Shown here: piece by piece, positions 1 to 12,229 of the stretch | How positions within the stretch are numbered: position 1 is the first letter of the stretch | Layout of the letters: each line of letters opens with the position of its first letter | NCBI RefSeq assembly: GCF_021028975.2 | Contig: NC_059437.1 | Coordinates: forward strand, 40,734,001 to 40,798,000 | DNA from: Sphaerodactylus townsendi | Taxonomy: Eukaryota | Length of the DNA stretch: 64,000 nt | Direction of reading: 5' to 3' | Notes under the pieces: generated by a model | What the model was told of the DNA's origin: nothing | Seen by the model: the letters and a program-made list of their open reading frames with translations, nothing else | Database searches by the model: none | Program-made: the position numbers and the translations under genes

Positions 1-342
1 GGTTCAATGGAAGCGCCTGGATTCTGGAACCGATTCTGGAAGCTTCCCACCCCAAACGTGCTGTTGGGCGAGTTAAGGGGAAAGACCAAGCCCCCCGCTT
101 CCAAACTTATCAACCGGAGAGGAAGCTCCGCTCACCTTCTCTTGATCCTTTTCCTCCCCCAATTAGCAGTGTCCCATGGACTCTGCGGCATTTGCTTCCG
201 GGCTTGTGTGAAAGAAAACATCATCATCAACAACAAAAGCAGTCACTAATTCGGAACAGATATTTCGTTGCAATCAATAGGATGGTTTTCCATTAAACAA
301 GGCCATTTGTTGGATCTTTGTGACCTCAGGTACCCTTTGTGA

Positions 343-432
343 CCTCACACATGCAGAATAACGCTCTTGCAATCCATTTGCAAACCACTTTACAGATAGA
401 TTTTCATTTTACTGTGTGAAACAGCAAAATCC
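343..432. mobile_element. Degenerate partial copy of Harbinger-type palindromic MITE
   Basis: CACATGCAGAATAA...CAGCAAAATCC matches one arm of the family repeated across the window. Confidence 0.6.
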
Positions 433-1097
433 TTCTCCGATTGGCCCCTGATACTGCGAACACACTCCGAATATATTTACTCCTCTTTTAGGGAACGCCT
501 CTTTTAGGGAGCCCATCCTACAATTGCTTGCTCCGGAATAAGTCCCACCGAATTGCCTGAGCTAGATTTTCAAGCAAAGGTTCATCAGACTGCATCCCCA
601 AGAAGCTCCCGGGGTGTATTGCATTTAGGGCCGGCCCAGGGCTACTTCTAGGCCGGCGCACCAGCTGCTTAATTTAGCACCAATCAGCTGCTTTCATAAG
701 GCTTCCTAACAACAAAGTTCCAAATACTCGCCTGAAGTCAACAATCTCAACTTCGGGTATTGATCTAACTTGCATGAAGAATAAAAGACCCATTCAGATA
801 GGTGGGTTTTGCTTCCAGATAAATTGTTGGGAATCCAGGTTGGAACCTAATGTCCGGGTTTCTCACTGGTGAAAGAAAGGGAAGTCAGAAGAGACAGAGA
901 TATTTGCCCCCACCTGAAATATATTCCAGACACCTTTTCCGGAGGCTTCAGGACACATTTATTTAAAACTGAATGATGCAACTGGGCTTTTCTGGGCAAG
1001 CAATAGTGCTGGACAGTACTAATGTTTCACAGAGTTACGTGGAAAATTAAGGATTGTGGGGTCTATGGTATATAATGGTGTATAACATTGAAACGAA

Positions 1098-1237
1098 GGC
1101 TAATTCTGAGTGGGCCAAAAACAGCAGTGTGAAAACGGTGTGAAAATGGTGTAAAAGGGTTTAAAACAGTGTAAAAGGGTTTATACTGTTTTCACGCCAC
1201 TTTCACACCACTGTTTTTGGTCTGTGCGGAATCAGCC
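1098..1237. mobile_element. Second Harbinger-like MITE family (140 bp)
   Basis: TIR GGCTAATTCTGA / TGCGGAATCAGCC; internal inverted (GGTGTGAAAA)/(TTTCACACC) repeats; flanks GAA/TAA. Confidence 0.7.
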
Positions 1238-1239
1238 TA

Positions 1240-1442
1240 AGATCCTGCTATGGAATTTTGCATCATTTGCTTTGCTTCAGTGCTTTGCTTCAGTGCTGTT
1301 TTTTAGACTTCTACAACCCCAGTCCTATTGCATTGTTTATTGAATGCCCCATTGGTCAGTTGTCTTGTTTTATGTGTAACCCACCATGAGTCCCAGTGAG
1401 AAAGGCAGACTATAAATAACATAAGTAAGTAAATAAATAAAT
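1240..1442 (+). mobile_element. L2-type LINE 3' end
   Basis: TGTAACCCACCATGAGTCCCAGTGAGAAAGGCAGACTATAAAT followed by a (TAAA)n tail. Confidence 0.55.
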
Positions 1443-1509
1443 GTCCCTAAGCCTTTCGGTGGGAAGCAAAACGAAAGCAGATCCCGAAGGGGCAGGGTGA
1501 CAAGGGTTA

Positions 1510-1639
1510 GGCCCCTTCTGTACACACAGAATAATTCCCTTTCAATGCACTTTGAAGCTGTGCGGAATAGCAAAATCCACTTGCAAACAATTGTGAAAGT
1601 GGATTGAAAGTGCATTATTCTGCATGTGCGGAAGGGGCC
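1510..1639. mobile_element. Harbinger-type palindromic MITE
   Basis: GGCCCCTTCTGTACA...TGTGCGGAAGGGGCC terminal inverted repeats. Confidence 0.85.
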
Positions 1640-1862
1640 AGAGAGAGAGAGAGAAAGATGCCAAACAATAACACGTGAAATTAAAATAATTTCACCATCA
1701 TCCATTGTGCCCACAACAGGAGTCTTGTGGCACTTTGAGCACTAACAACGTTTTAAAGACTGACAACATGGATTTCCTTGAATTAGAGTCCACTTTTCCT
1801 ACCTCTTTCATTTCCCTGAATGCATCTGATGGAATAATTAAATACACTCCATTGCACCAATG

Positions 1863-2030
1863 CCATAAAATCAAAAAGTTGGAAGAGACCCCAAGGGCCA
1901 TCCAGTCCAACCCCCTGCCATGTAGAAAGACACAGTCAAGCACTCCTGACAGATGGCCAGCCTGTCTGTATCTAAAAGTCTCCGAAGAAGGAGACTCCAC
2001 CATACTCCAAGGCAGTGTATTCCACTACCT
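1863..2030 (-). mobile_element. CR1 LINE 3' end
   Basis: CATAAAATC..AGTTGGAAGAGACCCCAAGGGCCATCCAGTCCAACCCC is a reverse-complemented CR1 3' terminus; same family in + orientation at 45465-45628. Confidence 0.8.
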
Positions 2031-2126
2031 TCTGGAAGTTTCTCCTGATGTTTGTTTGTTTATACCCTGCCCTGCGCAGAAGTTTTGGTGGAATCTCTTT
2101 TCTACAGATGGCCAGGTTGCTTCTGA

Positions 2127-2256
2127 GGCTACTCCTGCACATGCAGAATAATGCACTTTCAATCCACTTTCACAATTGTTTGCAAGTGGATTTTACTATT
2201 CCGCACAGCTGCAAAGTGCATTGAAAGTGCATTATTCTGCATGTGGGGAAGGGATC
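2127..2256. mobile_element. Harbinger-type palindromic MITE
   Basis: Family core GCACATGCAGAATAATGCACTTTCAA...TGCATTATTCTGCATGTG. Confidence 0.85.
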
Positions 2257-2968
2257 TAAGTGGAACAGGTTGACCCAATGGGAAATTATGTTGCTCGCTG
2301 TGGTCAGTTTTAGCGAGCAAGAGCCTTTAAACCTGCTTCCATCTTGTTCCGCAAGGTTTTGCCAGGGCGATTCCCTCTAGCTTATTTCCATAAGATCAGT
2401 CTCAAAGATACCAGTTTTCCTTCCAGTCCTGGGTGCAATTCTTGTTTACTCACAAAACCTTCCCGCAATAATTGTAAGAAAACCAAGAAAGACCTTGGCT
2501 TTGGGCCAGTCTTTTTGTGGTAGGAAGATGTGGAGTTTAAAGGTGGGCTGGACAGTCTGTTCTAAGTCAATATTGAACAGACAGTCTAAAAACGACCAAT
2601 ATGTAAACAGCTTTCTTTGTGTGTGTGCATGCGCTCGCATTCAACTATTCATTTAATCCCACTATGTTTTGAAAGAGCCGAGAACTCAAGTGATCCCAGC
2701 GCCTTGAATGCAATGACTATATTGATTAATTGGGTGTTTTTTAAAAATAATATTAATTGTCCTGGTTATTGTCGCTATTATTGCTGTTGATGTTGTTGTT
2801 AGTCTGAAAGCTTCTTGGAAGGATTTGCCCAGCATTTTGGATTGGCACATACACAGCCACAGGGTTGGAATGGGGTACATCGCAGCCAGGGCGATCTTCT
2901 GCAATATTTGTCCCTATATTGGCAGTGGTATAGAGGCTTGGAGGGGACCAAAACTGAATGGGGAAAGG

Positions 2969-3156
2969 GGCCCTTTCACACATGCTAAATAATACTCTTT
3001 CAAACCACTTTCCATGGCTCTTTCTGTACATGCAGAATAATGCAATTTCAAACTGCTTTCAATGCTCTTTGAAGCTGTGCGGAATAGCAAAATCCACTTG
3101 CAAACAGTTGTGAAAGTGGTTTGAAAACGCATGATTCTGCGTGTGCGGAAGGGGCC
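2969..3156. mobile_element. Harbinger-type MITE (full copy 3016-3156) preceded by a partial arm (2969-3013)
   Basis: GGCTC...AAGGGGCC 141-bp copy plus an upstream truncated GGCCCTTTCACACATG arm. Confidence 0.85.
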
Positions 3157-3274
3157 AATGAACGCAGTTAAATCCATCTGCAGAAACTCTCTCCTGCTTC
3201 CTGCATAGCTCCCCCAGTATCTCAGCAATCCCTCCACGACAAAGACTGAGACAACTTCACCATTAAAAAACAAT

Positions 3275-3415
3275 GGCCCCTTCCGCACACGCAAAATAAT
3301 GCGTTTCCAAACCACTTTCACAACTGTTTGCAAGTGGACTTTGCCATTCCGCACAGCTTCAAAGAGCACTGAAAGCAGTTTGAAAGTGCATTATTCTGCA
3401 TGTGCGGAATGAGCC
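3275..3415. mobile_element. Harbinger-type palindromic MITE
   Basis: 141 bp, GGCCCCTT...AATGAGCC, 3-bp TSD AAT. Confidence 0.9.
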
Positions 3416-3819
3416 AATGATAACTTAGCTTGCTCATTGAACCCAGTTGGTTCAAGGATGACTCAAAAGGCAATTTTCAGTGCACTTTTCGAGATTGAAT
3501 TAATGGTGCAGAGGACAGTAATCCTAGGATGTTCTTCCCTCAAGCCAGTACAATAGATCGGTGTTATTGTCCTTTTTTTAAGGCAGAGAGTCAAAGGCAG
3601 GCACAAATACTTCCTTCAAAGTCACTTGCAGAGTTTTGAACCTCGGAGGGTAGCCAGTTCCTTCCTAAACCCTTCAACTGGAGAGGGGGAGAGGGGGCGG
3701 CATTTTAGTATTTGTTTACTTCAGAATTTAAAGCAACTCTCCTTTCCAATGCTGGGAAGGAAACTCAGGCCGAAATTTCAGGAGTCAGATCGTATGGATG
3801 CTGAGCCCTTGCATTCTTT

Positions 3820-3944
3820 CATCTTCCTCACATGTAGAATAATGCACTTTCAATCCACTTTCAATGCACTTTGGAGGTGGATTGTACTGTGCAGAACAGC
3901 AAAGTCCACTTGCAAACAATTGTTCTGCATGCACCGAAGGGGCC
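3820..3944. mobile_element. Degenerate Harbinger-type MITE
   Basis: Family core with internal deletion, ends GAAGGGGCC. Confidence 0.75.
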
Positions 3945-4439
3945 TCTGAGCTAGGTAGAAACTTGCAAAGCCAACACAGAACCAACATCCCATAAATGTT
4001 TCAGAATAGGCTGGAGAGACCTGGGTTCAAATGATGCCTTCCCCTCCCCCCCTTTAGCCATGAAGTTTTCTTGACCTCCTTGGATTGATCTCAATCCACA
4101 CAATGTCGTGGTGAAGAAAAAACGGAGAACATAATTATGCGCTCAGTTTCTGGGAGCTTCTTGGAGGACAGGTAGCATAAAAATATAATAAATGCACCCT
4201 CTGGAGTCACAAAAGAAGGATTGTGTTGTGTTATTTCTCAAATGGAGCAGGATCCCGGGTGGCCCGCCCTCCTGGACTTTCGGTCCAGCGAAAGTCTTCC
4301 TCCTCCTCCTCCTCCTCCAAGCTCCCCAGACCTCCTTCCCTTCCCTTCCCTGATCCGCCAGCCAAATCTGGAAAATGTAAATCGCTCCCGTTTCCTTAAC
4401 GACTCCCCAAAACCATAGCTCGTTTTTAAGAAACAAGAG

Positions 4440-5140
4440 TTTTAATAGACAGGCCGGGAGCCTTCCTAGAAGCCTCCCTTCCCCCTCTCGTCAAAAGGGG
4501 AACAACCAGATTGCAGCCCCCCAGAAGGAAGGGGGAAGACCCCAAACTTCAACCCCCACCGCCCGCGTCGCTGCCGGCTGCCTGCTCCTGGCTGAGCCTA
4601 TTCTGGGACGTTTCTCCGAGGAGCCGGCCAGAATCTTGCCTGGGGAAAACGAGAGTCTGGTTCTAAATTAGTCCTACATACCTATCAACAGCTGGGGACT
4701 GCTTTACCCGAGTGCCGAATAAAGCCGCCCGTGTGTGTGTGTGTGTGTGTGTGTGCGTGTGCCGGGGAAGGGAAAGATGGAAAGAGCGCCCAGAGGTCAT
4801 AAATTTGACAGGCACGGAGCAATACTTAAGCCTATAATTTGGCCCGGCCTTGTCCCCCCTTGATCCCAGTGACGATGGTTAGGGTGACTATTAGCTTTAT
4901 AATTGCACGTCGCCAACCTCGCTTGTTTATATAGGAGGAAGGAGGGGAGGGGAGGGGAGGGGAGGGCCAGGCGGGGGAGGTCGCTGGCTGCGGTGGCTAT
5001 ATTTGGAAAAGAATTTTTTAAAGTCCTTCCAGGAAAGCTGCAAAAGAAACCAGGCGGGTCTGGCTGGCCTGCGTGCAAAGAGGATGCTGGGAAACCCTAC
5101 CCCCACCGAGAGAGATTTGGGTCCGGTTGGTGAAAAGGAA
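4440..5140. promoter_or_regulatory. CpG-rich, TE-free putative promoter/enhancer
   Basis: Elevated CpG, (GT)n at 4730-4761, GTCATAAA, TATA-like TTTATATAGG, G-run tract 4935-4980, CTATATTTGG. Confidence 0.4.
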
Positions 5141-5237
5141 AGGTGCCCGGGTTCAGTGACTGTCTGACATCCAGATTCTAGCACCTTAAAGACCAGCAAG
5201 GTTTCCAGGGTATGAGAGTTCGAGTCCACGAGCACCT

Positions 5238-5376
5238 AGTCCCCCTCCGCACATACTTTCAATCCACTTTCAATGCACTTTGCAGTTGGATTTTACTGTG
5301 GAATAGCAAAATCCACTCGCAAACAATTGTGAAAGTGGATTGAAAGTGCATTATTTTGCATGTGCGGAAGGGGGCT
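5238..5376. mobile_element. Harbinger-type palindromic MITE
   Basis: Family core; small deletion in left arm. Confidence 0.85.
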
Positions 5377-5948
5377 TAAGGAGCATGAATCCGTATTCTT
5401 TTCCAGCAAGAGGTGGAATCCGGCGTGCCCAAAGTGTCAGTGGGAGAGTGTTAGAACCGCAAGGAAGACATCACTTGTAACAATCTTACTTTTGAACTCC
5501 TTTTCAACCGCCTGGAGCGACCCAGCTGGAAAGGCAGACTACACATGTTTCTAATAAACTTGCAACCAAACAAATACATTAAAATAGCTGCCGGCTTCCC
5601 TTTTCTTCGGGCAACAGAACCCAGATGGAATAGAACGCACCATTGTTGCAAAGGCCTAAAGCAGAGGGGAGCGTTTCCGCATCACTCAACGGACACAGAC
5701 CTTTTAAACGCGCCCTCTGGAAGCCAGACCCGGAGGAAAAGCAATTCACGTATTAGCGGGATTTTTAGTAGGACTGCAGAAGAGGCAAGGCGCCGCATGT
5801 CAGCGTCGACACAGGACTTTTCAGTGGCTCAGGGATCTTTCTGCCAGGCATTTGAAGCGAAACGCCAAAAAATGCAGACGTCTTGCTGCGCTTTAAAACA
5901 AATCCAACTGGAAGACAAATTTAAGGCGTTCTCTTTACTGGGCTCTTG

Positions 5949-6089
5949 GGCTCATTCCGCACATGCAGAATAATGCACTTTCAAACTGCTTCCAGTGCTC
6001 TTTGAAGCTGTGCGGAATAGCAAGATCCACTTGCAAACAGTTGTGAAAGTGGTTTGAAAACGCATTATTTTGCATGTGCGGAAGGGGCC
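5949..6089. mobile_element. Harbinger-type palindromic MITE
   Basis: GGCTCATT...AAGGGGCC, TSD TTG. Confidence 0.9.
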
Positions 6090-7175
6090 TTGGTTTCGCA
6101 CGACCATTTGTTTTGTCGAAATCTGCACTGGTCCAGGGGAGGCTTCCAGTACGGGTGGGGGCGGGGTGGGAAGGGGGCATTTCTTTTCTCCTTTGAAGTC
6201 CACGTTGAGTTCGCTATTACTGTCCGGGAGTCCTCTATACTACTATCCGAAATAATAAGATGCATTAATGTATGCATTAAGCCCCTCATATATTCAGGAC
6301 NNNNNNNNNNNNNNNNNNNNNNNNNNNNNNNNNNNNNNNNNNNNNNNNNNNNNNNNNNNNNNNNNNNNNNNNNNNNNNNNNNNNNNNNNNNNNNNNNNNN
6401 NNNNNNNNNNNNNNNNNNNNNNNNNNNNNNNNNNNNNNNNNNNNNNNNTTTTCTTTTCAAACTGTTTTTCAGCTGCAGCGTCCCAGCCTGATGGAGGCAG
6501 GGAGGGGAAACACCTCTGCTTGCTGGAAGCTAACTTCAGAGAAAGTTACCTGGCTGAGGGGTGGGGGGAGATACATGTTCACCTTCTTCCCTCTTCATCC
6601 CAGGTAAAAGTTTTGCTTTTCTTTTTTAAAATCTGGAATCTGACTTCTTTAAAAGGGCGGCGGAAAGGCAAAAGGATAACCATGAACAATGAGAGAGAAA
6701 GTGACTAGTAAAGCTGAATTGTCTGGTTTTTGTATGAGGGCTATTTTAAAATTCGCCTAGGCTAGTTTAATTGACTAACCATTTAGACTTTTCTGTTTCA
6801 TGTATTAATTTGATGTGTTATACACAAACACACACAGAGAGGAGAACATAAAACATTTATTGAGATTTGCTAACTTTGGAGTCATTTTATGACTATATTC
6901 CAGGGAAGAATACTTTGGCTGTTAATCTGGTTCTATAATTGTCCCAGACTTTATTCAGAGATAATGCTAGCTAGCCTCTTGACATTAATGTGAAGCAAGC
7001 CTTTATTAGCATAGACAGCAGTACAACAATAATTGACATTAATGTGACTTACTTCTGAGTAAGCATGCTGGAGTTTTGTTTACTCCAGGTCCTTTATCCA
7101 AGGAGTTCAGGTTGTATACATGGCTCTTCCCCCCCCCCCATTTTTGTCCTCTCAGCAACCCTGCAACGTAAGTAT

Positions 7176-7316
7176 GGCTCATTCCACGCATGCAGAATAA
7201 TGCACTTTCAAACTGCTTTCAGTGCTCTTTGAAGCTGTGCGGAATAGCAAAATCCACTTGCAAACAGTTGCGAAAGTGGTTTGAAAATGCATTATTTTGC
7301 GTGTGCGGAAGGGGCT
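7176..7316. mobile_element. Harbinger-type MITE inserted in an older minus-strand SINE
   Basis: TSD TAT; flanks CAGCAACCCTG...GTTAGGCTGAG are SINE-like. Confidence 0.88.
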
Positions 7317-8119
7317 TATGTTAGGCTGAGTCTTCCATGCCTGTAACTATGTTGGTCTCTAGCAACAGAATAAACAAGGACTTTGGCTGAAGATTAAAGA
7401 AGATTATTCCCACAACCCTTTCACTTTCGCCCTCCTGATCATTGGCTGTTCTTGAGACAACTGTTATCACTCAATGTAGCCTACCTCACAGGGTTGTTGT
7501 GGAGATAAATAAGGGTGATGATCCTATACTGATCCTATACTGAAGAATGACATACCAATATAAATAATTCCTTAACTCTCTACCAGCACTTTTCTGCCTT
7601 TTTTGCAGCAGGCCAGCCAATGTGTTACTCTTTGCCTGCAGCTGCAAGCCAGCGCGCCACAGGCAAGTGAAAGTGGTATTTTTATGTGCTGATAAAGCAG
7701 GACTTATCTGGGTTTCCCTCTCCCTCTCCTGGCTGTTATCAAGACTCCCTAATTGGTCCTTTGCCCATCTCAGTCTCTGGCCATTCTTCCTACTCTCTTA
7801 TTTCCAAATGCCAACTACAGCTTCCTGTAGAACTCAGTTTTAGTGACTTGGCTGAAGATCCACAACCTCGGTAGCCCTCCTTAGGTTAACAGATTGAAAA
7901 CGTATGTAAAAACTAAAACAAATAAACAATCACACAATTCAAATAATTAAAACCTGGTTAAAATATACATACATTCAAATAGAATACACATGCATAAAAC
8001 AATAATTTAAACCAGGGCGGGGTGCCAGAAAAACAAAAATTCTTCACTGGCTGGAGGAGAATGCCAACAGAAGAAGACAAGTGAATTTCTAGAGTTTCTA
8101 GACAGTTCTAGAGTTTTTC

Positions 8120-9317
8120 TGCACCTTGTGGAGAATTTTTTTGCAAGCAGTCTTGCACTGTATCTTTCCACTTCTCCTTCTGCATGATGCTTATTCTTGA
8201 AGACTTGTATCATTCTGCCTTCTTTCCAGGTGGTTGTTCTGGAAGTGTCCATGTTTATTTTGAGTTAATTATTCTGTCTCTTCTTCTGTGGCTTTCCTCC
8301 ATCTCTCTGCTTTTCTGGAAGGCATCTTCACAATGTTCGCCCATGTGGAGGGCTCTGAAACAATTGATGCCTTCGCAAGACAAGCATATCTCAAAGGTGG
8401 TATACCCATGTTTGTTCTGCTGGAATACCTGAGACCTGCAACCTGTTCTGGTTGAGTAGGCTCTGCAGATGTCCCTTGTGCGCTATCCATGGTGCTGTTA
8501 TTCTGAGGTGCTTCAAGTGTGCTGTCCATGACATTCAGATAGACTGTGTCTGTCTGCTGCATTTGATTTTGCTCTGCTGAGGTGAAACCACTAGAATCTG
8601 CTTTCTCCTTTTCATCTTTGTAAATTACATCACAAATCTTTAATTCACCAGTCTTACGATTAAGGATTATGTATCCTCTGCACCCCTAAGCATATTCTAT
8701 GAAAATACCTTATTCAGTTATGAGAACCATCTTTGAACACTTTTCCTTAGGAATGTAAGTATATATATTTTTGATCCAAAAACTCTCACATGGCTCACCC
8801 TGGGCTTCTGCCCAAACCAAAGCTCCAAATGAGTCTTTTAAGCTTTTTTAGTTGACAGTCTGTTTTGTAAGTAAGTTGCTGCATGAATGGCCTCTGCCCA
8901 ATATTTATCTGGCAGTTTGGCCTCAAACAACATGCATCTGGCCATTTCACTTGCAGGAGTGTCAAACTCGTGGCCCTCCAGATGTTCGTGAATTACAATT
9001 CCCATAAGTTCCTTCCAATATGAGCATTGGCTATACTGGCAAGGGCTGACGGGAATTGCAGTTCATGAACATCTGGAGAACCACGAGTTTGACACCTGTG
9101 CACTAAGGGATCTATTTTTTTTCTTTCAGCCTAGGGAATAGTTAATTGTTCAATTTCATATTCAGTCAACAATGATTTCATTTCATTTCATTTGTGAAAT
9201 ATTCTCCCACATCGTCTGAGCATAGGGTCCTGGATGCCTTTGGAATCTGTTTTTGATTAATGCAAGGTAAGCTGTAAATTTACTCAGAGCTTCTCTTTTA
9301 TGTTTGAGGAAATACAT
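8120..9317 (-). mobile_element. Decayed Ty1/Copia LTR-retrotransposon pol fragment (integrase core to RT N-terminus)
   Basis: Minus-strand translation gives MYFLKHKREALSKF, LCSDDVGEY, AERK(N)RSLV, EMARCMLFEAKLPDKYWAEAIHAATYLQNRL, ELWFGQKPRVSHVRVFGS, SSRTNMGIPPLRY, EPSTW, WRKATEEE and VFKNKHHAEGEVERYSARLLAKKFS. IN-before-RT order is diagnostic of Copia; stops and frameshifts present. Confidence 0.9.
8954..9098. mobile_element. hAT-type palindromic MITE nested in the Copia integrase
   Basis: CAGGAGTGTCAAACTCGTGG...CCACGAGTTTGACACCTG; decayed 8-bp TSD TTCACTTG/TGCACTAA. Confidence 0.85.
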
Positions 9318-9690
9318 CAGTCAGTCCGTAAGCCTTTAGTGGCATTAGAAAAAAAAGAAAGTTTCATACTATATCAAATGTCAAAAAATAAGAGAAAAAA
9401 TTACAATAAAATAACAGAAGTGAGCACTTTTACCAATAATAACAACAAATATAACATTAGTCACTGATTAACCTTTATCACTTCTATAAATAAATTAGCT
9501 ACTACTTCCCAACTGAAGTTATCGCTATTCAGCAGGAAAGCAATTTTTTGCATATCCGTCAAATCTTGGTAAACTAATAACCAAAGAGATAAATATTTAA
9601 TCCTTGCTTCACAAAATCTTGATTAATAAAGTAAGAGATGTAATATTGTTTCATTTTGGCCTAGATTACGGGGACATAGTCTTTTATCAC
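9318..9690 (-). mobile_element. LINE 3' fragment (RTE-X/Crack-like C-terminal zinc-knuckle region plus tail)
   Basis: Minus translation LCPRNLGQNETILHLLLY..FLLNSD..VANLF, then a 3' UTR ending ACTAAAGGCTTACGGACTGACTG. Confidence 0.55.
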
Positions 9691-9814
9691 AACATGGCAC
9701 GACGTTGGGGACCCAGGCTTAGAGTTTGTCCAAGGGCATCCAACTAACTTCCATGGCAGACTGAGCATTCGGATATTAGTCAACCATTGGCCATCTGTTG
9801 TTCATGGTGGAAGT

Positions 9815-10025
9815 GTGGTGAAGTCACAGTGGACTTATGCCTAGGGTTTTCAAGGCAAGAGACTTTTGGGGGTGGTTTGCCATTGCCTTCCTCTGTGTGG
9901 GCTGAGAGAGTTCTGAGAGAACTGTAACTAGCCTAAGGTCAACTAGCAGGTTTCACTTGAAGGAGTAGGGAACCAACTCTCATTCTCCAGATTAATGTTT
10001 TTCTGCTTTTAACCACTACACATAC
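9815..10025 (-). mobile_element. tRNA-derived SINE with Sauria-type 3' part
   Basis: GGTGGTTTGCCATTGCC plus the reverse of the TGTAGTGGTTAA head. Confidence 0.7.
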
Positions 10026-10379
10026 TGTCCCTCTAGCCAGCTGTTAGAGAACTACTAAGTCTCAGTGATTAATAGTGTTATCCTTAGCAGAGTTACACCC
10101 TTCTCAGTCCATTACCTTAAAGGGGCTTAGAAAGATATGCCTCTGTTCTGGCCTACATTATAACCCTAACTTAACTGAACTCTTTAAGGTCACAATGGGC
10201 CAGTAATCCTCTCTTGTTCTAACCTACTTCGCAGACTTTTTGTTGGAGCAAAATGGAAGAGGAGAGAGACAAGAGTACTGCTCTGAGCTGCTTGGAGGAA
10301 TGGTGGGTTTTTTAAAATGCATCAGATAGAACCTGAAAAGCAAATATAATGTCCTTAATTGCTTTCAGTTGTGAAACAT

Positions 10380-10519
10380 GGCCCCTTCTGCACATGCAGA
10401 ATAATGCATTTTCAATGCACTTTGAAGCTGGATTTTACTGTGCAGAATAGCAAAATCCACTTTCAAACAATAGTGAAAGTAGATTTAACGTGCATTATTC
10501 TGCGTGTGCGGAAGGGGTC
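10380..10519. mobile_element. Harbinger-type palindromic MITE
   Basis: GGCCCCTTCTGCACATGCAG...GTGCGGAAGGGGTC. Confidence 0.88.
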
Positions 10520-11835
10520 CACTTCACAATTTGCTGAGAAATTCATCCCAGATTACTTCTTCCCCTGTTTCTATTCTAATTCAGCTTCTTTTCCACCACG
10601 GAGTTCAAGGTGGAGTACAAAAGGTTCTTAATGTTTTTAGATGTTTATTGTATTTAAATCATGTGCAAGCCACCTCCCAGGTGGCCTATTAAGTCCAATA
10701 AATAATATTTAAAGTTCTCCCATCCAAGAACTGACTAGCCCCAGATTTCAGAATCCATAGTAGAAGCCAGAGAAAGTGATGTGGAGTGGCGAGGGGGAGT
10801 ACACTGTTAATAGTCCTCAATATAAAAATAAAATCTTTATCTTAATGTAAAAATATTTAAATTGGGGAGATTGCTTTTGGTCCCACAGCTTTTTCTGGAC
10901 AAGTTTATACATGTATTTTGTCTTATACTGCAGAGAATTTAGAAATGTGTTCTCTACCCTGTGTCTGAGGTGGTGTAGTCCTACACCATTCCATTGCTCT
11001 TGTAGACCAGACTTCTGCACACATACATGCCCTCAGCCACAGCCCAGATTCCTTGGTTTGAACTACTACTGCATTGCTTGACCATCCTCTTGGCTTGTGG
11101 GCTTCTCAGAGGTTGGTCTCTGGGTGAACGAAACACCAGACTAGATGGTCCTTTAGTCTGATACAGCGTGGCTCTCTTTGTGTCCTTATGAACCAAAATC
11201 AGGAGCATCTCCAAATTCCCTGCATAACTCAAGCAGACTGAACTCTGCACAGACTTCTCTTTCTCCATATTCTTTCCTACCAAAATGATGGATTGGGAAA
11301 TTGGAACTTCTCGAAAGACTCTTTGTTATCTTCTGTTCCAGAGCCAAACACAGCTATTAACTTACAGCTGTTGATCCTGTTGTCTTGAAAGCATTGTTTC
11401 TGTACTAAATGCATCCCAAAAGCTGGAACTGATAGACAGGGCACAGTTAATTCCTATGACATACATTAAAATGTGCATGCAATCAGAATTTAGCTTCTAG
11501 TGATCCATGTGTATACCTATTGGTTCAAGATGTCTGTGTCTGACAGTCATGAAAAACTGCAATCTCCTGAAAACCCTTCAAGAAGGAGATTCCAGGCTTG
11601 TAGAATAAGGATCCAGATTGGATTAGAAGTACACTGTAGTAATAGGATTTGTTTTAATTGAATGTTACTGTCCTGAAAAGAGCAGTCAAAAGTAACATTT
11701 GAACTAGAACTAATTTGAACTAACTTTCCCCCATACCACAATCATGGAATATTCAACGTGTTTTTAATACAATATACACTAGCAACCTTATAATTATTCA
11801 TTAGAATTTTTTTCCTGCCCCTTCCCAAGGGGTTC

Positions 11836-12102
11836 CGGTGTGGTGCAGTGGTTAAGAGCAGGTGCACTCTAATCTGGAGAACTGGGTATGATTCCCCACT
11901 CTGCCACTTGGGCTGTGGAAGCTTATCTGGTGAACACATGCCAGCTGGGTGACCTTGGGCTAATCACCCTCCTTCAGAGCTCTCTCAGCTCCACTCACCT
12001 CACAGGGTGTTTGTGGGGGTGGGGGGGGGAAGGCAGGGAAAGGAGATTGTAAGTCCCTTTGAGAGAAAGGGGAAATATAAATTCAAACTACTACTCCTCT
12101 TC
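11836..12102 (+). mobile_element. tRNA-derived SINE (Squam3-like)
   Basis: A-box GGTGCAGTGGTTAAG, B-box-like GGTATGATTCCC, GGGTGACCTTGGGC core, CT-rich tail. Confidence 0.85.
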
Positions 12103-12229
12103 CTGGTGACTTACGTGGTCCTTTTGTTCCAATTCATCATCACAACAAGCCTGCGATGTAGGTAAAAATGAGCTGTCCAAAGCTGCCGGTTGAGTTTCAT
12201 AGCAAAGTGTGCATTTAAACTTGGTCAGA

